This document shows, piece by piece, positions 16,696-25,558 of a DNA stretch of 36,865 nt. How positions within the stretch are numbered: position 1 is the first letter of the stretch; every line of letters begins with the position of its first letter. A program made the translations under genes and the position numbers. Below the pieces are notes generated by a model. That model worked only from the letters and a program-made list of their open reading frames with translations, was not told the DNA's origin and made no database searches. Origin of the DNA: Candidatus Aminicenantes bacterium (GTDB lineage: Bacteria; Acidobacteriota; Aminicenantia; Aminicenantales; Saccharicenantaceae); NCBI GenBank assembly GCA_037441785.1, contig JBBIRN010000001.1:1-36865 (forward strand), given 5' to 3'.

Positions 16696-18082
16696 AGCAA
16701 AAGAGAAAAAAGCAAGCCGGGGATTGGTCCTGGTGGTGGAAGATGATGAGATGCAGAGGGTTTTGATCTCGGAAAACCTCAGGCAGGAAGGCTACCAGGT
16801 GGTAGAGGCGAGTAATATTCAGGAGGCTCTTCAGCTTGTCCATCAACATCCGGTAGAAATTGCCGTGGTTGATTACAAACTGGGTTCGGAATCGGGACTG
16901 GAGCTGGTTAAAGAGCTAAGAAAAATAAACCCGCTGATTACTCCGGTCATGGTCACCGCTTTTGCCAGCATTGAAACGGCTGTGGAAGCCATCAAACAGG
17001 GAGCCTATGATTATGTGGTAAAGCCCATAGATTTTCAGCGCTTTCTTCTTGTTCTGGAGAGAGCCCGGGAAAGATTTCGCCTGCAGCGGGAAGTCCACGA
17101 GCTGCGAAACCGCCTGGAAGAGAAATTCAGCTTCAAGAATTTCATTTTTGCTTCCAGAGCCATGGAACAGGTAGTCAGGCTGATGAGCAAGGCTGCCCGG
17201 AGCGAAGCGACTGTTTTAATAACCGGCGAGACCGGAACCGGGAAAGACCTTATTGCTCGGCTGATTCACTACTCTTCAGAGCGCAGCCAGGGGCCTTTTC
17301 TGGCTGTTAACCTGCCTTCCATCCCGGAAACTCTGGTAGAGAGTGAATTGTTCGGTGCTGAAAAAGGGGCTTACACTGATGCCCGGGAAAGGAAAATCGG
17401 TAAGTTTGAAGCAGCTGATGGCGGAACGCTTTTCCTGGATGAGATTGGAGACTTGCCCCTTTCCCTTCAGGTTAAACTTTTGCGTTTTTTACAAGACCGG
17501 GAATTCTATCGTCTGGGCTCCACCAAACCCCTTAAGGCTGAGGTCAGAATTATTGCCGCCACCAATAAGAATCTGGAAAAACTGGTTAGCGAGGAAAAAT
17601 TTCGGGCTGACCTTTATTACCGCCTGAATGTCATCAGAATTGATGTTCCACCCCTGCGTGAAAGAAAAGAAGACATCCCGCTGCTTGTCGACCATTTTAT
17701 AAGGGAATACAGCCGGCGGGAGAAAAAGAATATCAAGGGGATTTCGGCTGAAGCTATGGAGGCCTTGATAAAACATGATTTTCCGGGAAACGTCCGGGAA
17801 TTGGAGAACGCTATAGAAAGGGCCGTTGTTTTTGCTGAAGGCGAGTATATCACCCGGGCTGACCTGCCGGTCTTCTTGGAAATCAGGTCAGAAAAAGAGC
17901 TGGCAGAGGCCGCAGAAGCAGATTTTTCCCGGCCTCTGCCTGATAAAGTGCGCGAGCTGGAAATCAGGGAAATAAAACGGGCCCTAGAAAAAAGCGGCGG
18001 GGTTAAAAGCCGGGCAGCCCGGCTCTTGGGCATCACTGAGCGCATGCTGTCGTACAAAATGAAGGTCTACGGACTGTATTAG
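16688..18082 (+). CDS. NtrC-family sigma54-dependent response regulator (REC + AAA+ + Fis-type HTH)
   Basis: ATG 16688 overlaps the kinase stop (ATGTCTGA). REC domain LVLVVEDDE. Walker A GETGTGKD. The sigma54-contact loop reads ESELFGAEKGAYTDA, a variant of GAFTGA. C-terminal HTH SRAARLLGITERMLSYKMKVYGL. Confidence 0.9.
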   Translation: MSEAKEKKASRGLVLVVEDDEMQRVLISENLRQEGYQVVEASNIQEALQLVHQHPVEIAVVDYKLGSESGLELVKELRKINPLITPVMVTAFASIETAVEAIKQGAYDYVVKPIDFQRFLLVLERARERFRLQREVHELRNRLEEKFSFKNFIFASRAMEQVVRLMSKAARSEATVLITGETGTGKDLIARLIHYSSERSQGPFLAVNLPSIPETLVESELFGAEKGAYTDARERKIGKFEAADGGTLFLDEIGDLPLSLQVKLLRFLQDREFYRLGSTKPLKAEVRIIAATNKNLEKLVSEEKFRADLYYRLNVIRIDVPPLRERKEDIPLLVDHFIREYSRREKKNIKGISAEAMEALIKHDFPGNVRELENAIERAVVFAEGEYITRADLPVFLEIRSEKELAEAAEADFSRPLPDKVRELEIREIKRALEKSGGVKSRAARLLGITERMLSYKMKVYGLY

Positions 18083-18604
18083 CTTGACAAAGGCCATAAA
18101 AAAGAAAAACTATTAAAAAATGAAATAAATTATGACCGCAATAAATCATACACTGACGGCAGCTGTTGTCTGTACTGTGTTTAGGTTCGCTCTTTCAGGC
18201 AGGCGATGGCCGTGCCTGCGGATATGGCCGAGTTCAGAGACAGCGGCCTCGCTCTTCAAATTTCCTTTCTGGTCTGATGAAGCTGGAGCTACGGCCGAAA
18301 AGTATGAAGGGTCAACCAGATGAGATGGTTTCTTGACCCAAGACCTAAAAACTACCACAACGCTGATGGCAAGATGGCCGACGAGCTAAAACGCGCATGT
18401 ATCAAGAAATATGAGACTGAACCCATCAGTGCCGCGGAGGCAGCATTCTCTGAGCTATTGTTCTGTAAACGAGACAACTCAGATTTCCGGCTACAATTAT
18501 TTAACTTTGGCCAAAACTTTTGTGCTGATGGGCCAAGCCTTTGCTGCAGCCAATCTCAAACTTCTGGAGTCCAGGACTCACCATTTTTATAACGAGGCTA
18601 TCTT

Positions 18605-21600
18605 ATGAAAATATTGTTAGGTCCAAACACCAATACCCGCAGGTCTTTTGTAAAAATATTCTTCACGACGCTGGTGATTTTGTTGTTGATGGGACCGTTG
18701 AGCCCGGCCTGGGGCTCTAAGCCGGTGAAGCTCGCAAAATCTCTACCTCTGCCAGGAGAAGTGTTTGAAATTGATGGCCACACGGCATTTGTAATTCTGC
18801 CGGCCAGGGAAAACCTTTATCCCAACCGTCCAATCCCGTGGGTGTGGTATGCGCCTACTTTACCCGATCTACCTGACCAGAACGAACGCTGGATGTTTGA
18901 GCGCTTTCTGGCCGCCGGGATGGCTATCGCCGGTATTGATGTCGGTGAATCGTATGGCAGTCCTCAGGGGCGCGCTGGCTTTTCCGCTCTCTATCGTGAA
19001 CTGGTGGAGAAGCGCGGTTTCAGCCGTAAGCCTTGCCTGCTGGCGCGCAGTCGTGGCGGTCTTATGCTTTATAACTGGGCGGTGGAGCACCCCGATTCAG
19101 TTTCCTGTATTGCCGGCATTTATCCTGTCTGCAACCTGCGGAGCTATCCGGGTCTTGATAAAGCTTGCGGCGCCTATGGTATGAGCGCTGAGCAGCTTGG
19201 CCAGGAACTGGCCAAACACAACCCCGTTGACCGTCTTGCGCCGTTAGCCAGAGCCAGGGTTCCCATATTCCACATCCACGGCGATAAAGACGACCTGGTG
19301 CCACTGTCCGATAACTCCGCCTTGCTCGCCAGTCGCTACCGCGAGCTCGGCGGTTCGATGCGCTTACGGATTGTTCCCGGTCAGGGACATAATCTCTGGG
19401 AGGGATTTTTCCAATGCCAGGAACTTGTTGAGTTCGTCATAGAACATGGCATCCCACCTGCTGAGCGCGAACCCAATGCGGCCTTGTTTAAAGAACCACC
19501 TCTGGAAGCCAGGCCCGGCGCCTTCTGGTCGTGGATGAACGGCTATGTTGACTTAGACAGGTTAACCTACGAACTAGAGGAGATGAAGGCAAAAGGAATG
19601 TCCGGCGCAGAGATCTGGGATATCGGCGTCTACCGCCCGAATCCGGAAGAACCGATTCCGGCTGGTTCGGCTTTCCTCAGCCCTGAATCACTAAAAGCCA
19701 TTAATCACGCCATCAATGTGGCAGACCGTCTGGGACTACACCTGGGAATGGTCGCTTCCAGCAGCTGGAATGCAGGCGGCAGCTGGGTTCAGCCTCGCCA
19801 GGCAATGAAAGGGCTTTACGTGAGTGAAATAAAGGTCAGCGGGCCAACCAGGTTGTCGCGGGTGTTGCCTTTCCCGGCCTGCAGCGCGCCAAAGGGTGCC
19901 AACGGCTTGCCACTTTACTACAAGGAAATTGCCGTGCTGGCTTTTCCGTACTCGCCGGATAATACCATCCGGGATGTCTCCGCGGTCATTAACCTCAGTG
20001 ACAGGATGGACCACAACGGACGGCTCACCTGGGACGTCCCGCCGGGGTCGTGGGTAATCGCCCGTTTCATTACGAGCAACACTGGCGAGAAACTTATGGT
20101 GCCAAGCCCGAACTCAAACGGACTGCTCATTGATCATCTTGATGGCCAGGCCATCAGAACCCATTTTCAGTATATTATTGACCAGATTCTTAAAGTGCGA
20201 CCCAGTCTGGATGCCTTGCGCTACCTGGAACTTGACAGTGTGGAAGTTGATAATCAAACGGACTGGACCGATTCCTTTGTGGAGGAATTCCGCAAGAGGC
20301 GTGGCTATGACCCGACTCCTTATCTGCCTGTTCTGAAAGGTAAGAAATTTGCTGACCCGCAGATTACCGCTCGTTTTCAGCACGATTATAACAAGACGGT
20401 CAGCGATTTGTGGATTGAAGGTCATTACCGCAGTGGTGCTGAGTTTCTGAACCGGTATGGGATGAAACTGGTGGCCGAGGCGGGTCACGGAGGTTACCCG
20501 CGCGCCGAACCACTGCGCGCCTGCGGCGTGGTGGATGTCCCGCGCGGCGAATTCTGGAACGGTGCGCAGTTCTGGATAGTGAAAGAAGCAGCCTCCGCGG
20601 CGCACATCTACGGCCGACAGATTGTTGATGCGGAGTCATTTACCGGCTGGCGGCACTGGCAGGACGGACCTCTGGAGTACAAGCGCCTGGCCGATACCGC
20701 GTTTTGCGATGGGTTGAATCGCCTCACCTTTCACACTTTTGCCCATACACCACCGCAGGGCGGCGTACCCGGACATATGTATCACGCCGGTGAACATTTC
20801 AACGTCAACACCACCTGGTGGCCAAAATCTGGCCCGATGCTTTACTACTTCTCCCGCTGCTGCTATCTGCTGCAGTTGGGGTTGCCTGTGGCTGATGTTT
20901 GCTTCTATTACGGTGATGATGCGCCAAACTTGGTGGCCACCCGCCGTATCGGACCTGATTCCAAGCGGCTGGATTTCGGTCCCACCTGCGCCCATTGTGG
21001 GAGACCCAACCCGGCCCCGGTTGATGTGCTCGGAGCTGGATACGACTATGACGTTGTCAATTCTGATGTGATTGAAAATATGATGGAATTCAGGGACGGT
21101 CGCCTGGTCCTGCCCCACGGTGTAAGTTACTCGGTCATTGTTCTACCGGAACGCTCAGACATTCCTCTTTCTGTGCTGAAGAAACTGGAAAAACTTGTTC
21201 TGGAAGGCGCTATACTGCTCGGTCCCAAGCCTGTGCGCGATGTTACCCTGGCCGATTATCCCCGCTGTGACCAACAGGTTCAGGCTATTGCAGATAGAAT
21301 GTGGGGACCAGGCCAGGTTGATCAGACGGCCGATCGCTCCTACGGCAAAGGCAGGGTAATTGCCGACCGCAAACGTCTCCGGGAAATTCTTCAGCAGTTA
21401 GGCATAGGACCAGATTTCACCTACAGCAGTCCGGATAATCAGGCAGACCTTGATTACATCCACAGACGCACCCCTAACGCCGACATCTACTTTGTCAGCA
21501 ACACAAAGATGGAAGAAGCTGTGGCTGATTGTACCTTCCGCGTCTCCGGACGTCTGCCGCAGTTCTGGTATCCGGACACCGGTAAAATAGAACCCTGCAA

Positions 21601-22225
21601 TCGTTACACCTATGTTTCGGGAGGAACGAAGCTGAGATTGCGGTTGCCTCCGGCCGGCTCGGTTTTCGTCGTCTTTTCCGGGGTAGCGCCTGAAGTCGTC
21701 CCGGCCCCGGCGCCGGAACCAACCGTCAGGACCGTAGCCACACTCGAATTAACAGGTCCCTGGGAAGTTCGTTTCCCACCCGACCTGGGGGCGCCACCCT
21801 CGTACGTTTTTGAAAAACTTGTTTCCTGGACTGCAGTTCCCGATGAGGGAATCAAATATTTTTCGGGAACCGCGACCTATCTGAAAGAATTTGAGGTCCC
21901 GGCCTCTATGGTGGGTGATGGTCAGCGCCTGGAATTGGACCTGGGACAGGTTCGCAACGTCGCCGAAGCCACCTTGAACGGAAAGCCGCTCGGGATTGCC
22001 TGGAAACCTCCCTACAGCTACGATGTCACCGGTGTGGTCCGGGTCGGCAAAAACGAGTTAAAAGTTGAAATTGTAAACCTCTGGGCCAACCGGCTGGTCG
22101 GCGACGCTAAACTTCCGAGGGAAAAAAGGATAACGCGCCTTACCCAAAAAGTGAAAATCAACGGCCCGCTTGAATCCGGGCTTCTCGGACCCGTGCAATT
22201 ACGTGTGTTCAAAGAGACAAAATAA
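18605..22225 (+). CDS. Fusion protein: N-terminal alpha/beta-hydrolase (esterase) + GH106-like glycoside hydrolase with C-terminal GH2-type sugar-binding domain
   Basis: Signal peptide present. Esterase part has RSRGG...HIHGDKDDLVP...GQGHNLW. The GH106-type opening PGAFWSWMNGYVDLDRLTYELEEMKAKGMSG follows. The C-terminus FSGTATYLKEFEVP...LDLGQVRNVAEATLNGKPLG...NELKVEIVNLWANRLVGD is typical of this family. Confidence 0.8.
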   Translation: MKILLGPNTNTRRSFVKIFFTTLVILLLMGPLSPAWGSKPVKLAKSLPLPGEVFEIDGHTAFVILPARENLYPNRPIPWVWYAPTLPDLPDQNERWMFERFLAAGMAIAGIDVGESYGSPQGRAGFSALYRELVEKRGFSRKPCLLARSRGGLMLYNWAVEHPDSVSCIAGIYPVCNLRSYPGLDKACGAYGMSAEQLGQELAKHNPVDRLAPLARARVPIFHIHGDKDDLVPLSDNSALLASRYRELGGSMRLRIVPGQGHNLWEGFFQCQELVEFVIEHGIPPAEREPNAALFKEPPLEARPGAFWSWMNGYVDLDRLTYELEEMKAKGMSGAEIWDIGVYRPNPEEPIPAGSAFLSPESLKAINHAINVADRLGLHLGMVASSSWNAGGSWVQPRQAMKGLYVSEIKVSGPTRLSRVLPFPACSAPKGANGLPLYYKEIAVLAFPYSPDNTIRDVSAVINLSDRMDHNGRLTWDVPPGSWVIARFITSNTGEKLMVPSPNSNGLLIDHLDGQAIRTHFQYIIDQILKVRPSLDALRYLELDSVEVDNQTDWTDSFVEEFRKRRGYDPTPYLPVLKGKKFADPQITARFQHDYNKTVSDLWIEGHYRSGAEFLNRYGMKLVAEAGHGGYPRAEPLRACGVVDVPRGEFWNGAQFWIVKEAASAAHIYGRQIVDAESFTGWRHWQDGPLEYKRLADTAFCDGLNRLTFHTFAHTPPQGGVPGHMYHAGEHFNVNTTWWPKSGPMLYYFSRCCYLLQLGLPVADVCFYYGDDAPNLVATRRIGPDSKRLDFGPTCAHCGRPNPAPVDVLGAGYDYDVVNSDVIENMMEFRDGRLVLPHGVSYSVIVLPERSDIPLSVLKKLEKLVLEGAILLGPKPVRDVTLADYPRCDQQVQAIADRMWGPGQVDQTADRSYGKGRVIADRKRLREILQQLGIGPDFTYSSPDNQADLDYIHRRTPNADIYFVSNTKMEEAVADCTFRVSGRLPQFWYPDTGKIEPCNRYTYVSGGTKLRLRLPPAGSVFVVFSGVAPEVVPAPAPEPTVRTVATLELTGPWEVRFPPDLGAPPSYVFEKLVSWTAVPDEGIKYFSGTATYLKEFEVPASMVGDGQRLELDLGQVRNVAEATLNGKPLGIAWKPPYSYDVTGVVRVGKNELKVEIVNLWANRLVGDAKLPREKRITRLTQKVKINGPLESGLLGPVQLRVFKETK

Positions 22226-22771
22226 GAAAATGGGGACACCATGTATATTTCCATTTTTTCTGTGACCCATCTGGTAGAAAATGGGGACAGAAATGGGGGC
22301 AGGGAAAATGGCGAGAGAAAAGGGGACACCATCTATATTTCCGATTTTCTTTGGCTTCTGCGGTGAATATAACTCCCCCCGGGGAAATTAGGGACTCTCT
22401 AAATTTGTAGAGAAAAATACTGGGCACGGTCGGAAATTGGGCATAACCTAAAAGCGACCATGCTTTAAAAGTTGTTATTCTCTACTACGACCATTTCCCC
22501 TTATTCACCAGTTTTCTTGTTCCATTATTTTAATAACGCAAATGTAAACAAAATTGTTGGACACGATAAGTTCCTCTCTGTTTTTGCCGCGGTAGATGGA
22601 TGAAACATAAATTGATTTTCCTGCGGTTTTGACCTTGTTTAAGGTTCAGGTAGGTTCGGTGGGTGCCTTTCGGGTTAGTCCATCAGGTTATTCCCGAGCA
22701 GGTAAGTCATTTGCTCTTTGCCCGTCTTTAAATCCAGAAATTGGGGTTTGAGTATTGCGTCCCCCGTTTTC
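22226..22771 (+). repeat. GGGGAC-arm repeat element, copy 2 (546 bp), filling a convergent intergenic region
   Basis: Left arm has 5 units. The core at 22458-22756 differs from copy 3 at a single position. There is one inverted unit at the right end. The element is bounded by TAA 22223-22225 (+) and by the TAA on the complement of 22772-22774. Confidence 0.9.
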
Positions 22772-24052
22772 TTAGTCGTAGAGTTGCCATTCGCCGGAAT
22801 GGTTTTCAGGAAGTTTTGATTTCTCTTCCCATACCTTGAGCAAGTAGTCTTTGCTATCCTCAAAAATCTGCGCCTGCCGCTCCACCTCCTGTTCGGCCTG
22901 CTCTGAACTCAGGTCCCAGGTGCTGCGGATAAAATCAGCTATCCGGGCGTAATAAAGCGGTGTTACTAACTCGATAATCTTGAACCGGTTCCTGGGCCAG
23001 GCATGGAAGGTAGCAGCCAGCTCGTACAGGATTTTTACCCAGGCCTCAACCGGAAGTCTGAAGTCCTGGACCGTTAGCCTGGAGGCAGCTTCCACGGCGG
23101 CATAGGCTTCCTCGGAAAACAATTCTTTCCACAGTGGCGAGAATTGCTTGAAACCCACTTTAAAACGGTAAATCAAGTCGGGCAGGGCCACTTCCACTGG
23201 TTCTGGTTCCCTGGCCTCTATCTGGCCCAAGATTTCCACCGGCTGGCTCCCTTTCACCATTTTCCAGTACGGTTCATACTGCTCCATCAACGTAAACAAT
23301 ATCCACAGCACCTGCCGGAACATCGGTCCCAGTTGCCTGGAAGGATCCTTGACGTCGTGAATTTTAACCCCCAGGTTGGCCTGGCAGATTTTGAAGCCTT
23401 GGATAATAGCATTGGTAGTCATCCAGATATCAATGCCAAAGCGAGCCACGTCTGTGTCCCAGACCTCCTGGCTTATGTAAAACTCAGCTACCTTCCGATT
23501 GAAAGCAAAATCCCCGCCGATAGGCTGGCGAATTCTTTTGCCGTAAAGAGCTCGGGTCAGGTTATAAACAATATTATTAGTAATGGTGCCATCGTACTTG
23601 TGCCGCTGATAAATCGGTGCTACGAAGTCATAGCCCTTTGCCAGGACAGGGTTTAGCAGGTTAAAGACCCAGTCCGAAGTAATGCTGCGCAAATCGGCAT
23701 CAACCACGGCACAGGCCTGAACTTTGAGTTTGCAGGCCGCTTCAAAAACCGATCGCAGGGCCGAGCCTTTTCCGCCAATACCACGGTAAATGGAAATCAA
23801 TTTTTCCTGCCAGGGTTTTATCTGGAATTCCTTGGCCATTTCTCGAGTGTCGTCTGTTGACCCCCCGTCAGCGATGAAGATAAGATTCCGCTTGTTCCGG
23901 TAATATTTATCCAGCCCGTGGGTAACCATCTGGATGACGTGGGCGATTGTCTTTTCATTGTTGAAGCAGGGAATGCCGACGATTATATCAGCCTGGCCGA
24001 TTTCTTCCAGACGTTTCAGAGTATAGGCCCTTAATGAAGTTGAATAACTCAC
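22772..24052 (-). CDS. GT-A fold (GT2-like) glycosyltransferase, possibly a glucosylglycerate / mannosylglucosylglycerate-type synthase
   Basis: GIPCFNNEKTI...ADGGSTDDT...VVDADL (DxD) motifs. GTG start with no clear RBS. The functional guess rests only on the neighbouring GpgS-like and MPGP-like genes. Confidence 0.7.
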   Translation of the reverse strand: MSYSTSLRAYTLKRLEEIGQADIIVGIPCFNNEKTIAHVIQMVTHGLDKYYRNKRNLIFIADGGSTDDTREMAKEFQIKPWQEKLISIYRGIGGKGSALRSVFEAACKLKVQACAVVDADLRSITSDWVFNLLNPVLAKGYDFVAPIYQRHKYDGTITNNIVYNLTRALYGKRIRQPIGGDFAFNRKVAEFYISQEVWDTDVARFGIDIWMTTNAIIQGFKICQANLGVKIHDVKDPSRQLGPMFRQVLWILFTLMEQYEPYWKMVKGSQPVEILGQIEAREPEPVEVALPDLIYRFKVGFKQFSPLWKELFSEEAYAAVEAASRLTVQDFRLPVEAWVKILYELAATFHAWPRNRFKIIELVTPLYYARIADFIRSTWDLSSEQAEQEVERQAQIFEDSKDYLLKVWEEKSKLPENHSGEWQLYD

Positions 24053-24297
24053 ATTTTGATTATCACGGTTTTTCTTCCGGATGTCAAAATTTCATTTTAG
24101 TTAGGAGAAACGGCAGTATTTTTTGGTAAATTATCAAAAGATATTTGACCGTCGGGATAGAAAAGAAAATACTTTTTAACTTGAAGCCTGGGGAAAAACC
24201 AGAAGAGTGACCTGTTATAAGGTTGGCCCGAAGAAAAATTCAAGAGGCCGTGGGTATTGAATAACAATTACTTACTATTAAGCACAAACTTAAAAAA

Positions 24298-24312
24298 GCA
24301 ACCGACGAACCA
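24298..24312 (-). promoter_or_regulatory. Candidate sigma54 -24/-12 promoter (TGGTTCGTCGGTTGC on the minus strand)
   Basis: GG and TTGC have the correct spacing relative to TGGCACG-N4-TTGCW, about 245 nt upstream of the minus-strand GT start. The -24 element deviates from consensus (TTC instead of CAC). No UAS was identified. Confidence 0.25.
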
Positions 24313-24473
24313 AGGTCCCTAAATAGTGTTACGAAATTAAATAAAAGTAACATCAAAACAAAAAGATGTTGACAGCCATGAGTTTTTTAGTTTATGGTAA
24401 AAATGTAAACAATAAAAGTCAGCCAGCACCGATATAAAATATCTTTTATAAATAAATTAAAGAAGAGGTTTTC

Positions 24474-25538
24474 TTGTCTTTTCAATTGGTTGTCTTCACT
24501 GACCTTGATGGCACCTTGCTTGACCACCAAACATATAGTTTTCAGGCTGCCCGACCCATGATCAATAAATTGCTAAGGCTGGGTATTCCCATAGTCATCA
24601 ACACCAGCAAGACCAGGGCTGAGACCGAAATCCTGTCTAGAAGACTCAAGCTTAATCATCCATTTATTGTAGAAAATGGTGGTGCAGTTTTTATACCTGA
24701 AGGATGCTTCGAGCCGGCTTTTTTCAGAAGACTAAACATTCGAACGCTGAGAAAAGACCACTATTTGGTTATTCAGCTGGGGACTCCCTATCCGAAGTTG
24801 AGAAAATATTTGGAGGTTATAAAAAAAAGAACCAAGGCGAAGCTGGTGGGATTTGGTGATTTAACCGCAAAACAGATAGTTTATTTTACTGGTCTGAAAA
24901 GAAGCGAAGCGAATCTGGCCCGCCGTAGAGAATTTGATGAACCTTTTTTGATAGATGGTGACCTGGAGCTTCAATTTTATAAGGCGAATAGAGAAAAAAC
25001 AAGAAAAGGGAAAAAACAGCGGTCTGCCTTTAACCACGAGAAGAAAGTTAAGTATTTTTCTTTACAAAGTGAAAAACCAGTCCTGACCAGAGATTTTAAA
25101 AAGACCTTGCCGGAAGTCAAAAAGGAAGCGAAACGATACAGACTTAAGATTACTGAGGGTGGGAGGTTTTACCATCTGACCGGCCATAACGACAAAGGCC
25201 GAGCAGTGCGCTTGCTCCGAAAACTATATCAGCTGAAGTTTGGCAAAATCGTTACCATTGGGCTGGGGGACTCAACCAATGACTGGCCGTTGTTTAAGGC
25301 GGTTGATTATCCAGTGATGGTAGCCAGGCCGGATGAGTCTCATTCGAAATTACCACCTGGACTTAAAAATACTTACAAAACCAAGAAACCCGGCCCATGG
25401 GGCTGGGTTGAGGCTTTAGAATATTTTCTCTCGCGTTTCCAGATTAATAAAAGCCGGACTAAAAATTTGGCCGCCGAAACTTTGTCTAAAAGAGCTCTGA
25501 ATAAAAAACCAGAACGAGAGAAAATAAAAAATTTATAA
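24474..25538 (+). CDS. HAD-IIB phosphatase of the mannosyl-/glucosyl-3-phosphoglycerate phosphatase (MpgP/YedP) type, with Lys-rich insertion and tail
   Basis: TTG start 5 nt after AGAAGAGG. HAD motifs FTDLDGTLLD, NTSKT and GDSTNDWPLF. About 80 extra residues rich in K/R (REKTRKGKKQRS...KKEAKRYRLK; C-terminal KKPEREKIKNL). Confidence 0.8.
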   Translation: MSFQLVVFTDLDGTLLDHQTYSFQAARPMINKLLRLGIPIVINTSKTRAETEILSRRLKLNHPFIVENGGAVFIPEGCFEPAFFRRLNIRTLRKDHYLVIQLGTPYPKLRKYLEVIKKRTKAKLVGFGDLTAKQIVYFTGLKRSEANLARRREFDEPFLIDGDLELQFYKANREKTRKGKKQRSAFNHEKKVKYFSLQSEKPVLTRDFKKTLPEVKKEAKRYRLKITEGGRFYHLTGHNDKGRAVRLLRKLYQLKFGKIVTIGLGDSTNDWPLFKAVDYPVMVARPDESHSKLPPGLKNTYKTKKPGPWGWVEALEYFLSRFQINKSRTKNLAAETLSKRALNKKPEREKIKNL

Positions 25539-25558
25539 AAGTATAAAAGGAGGCTGCC

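Noticed and set aside
19447-19462. sigma54-like TGGCATCCCACCTGCT at the esterase/GH106 domain junction
   Set aside because: It lies inside a continuous coding frame and deviates from consensus at both elements. It is most likely a chance match.
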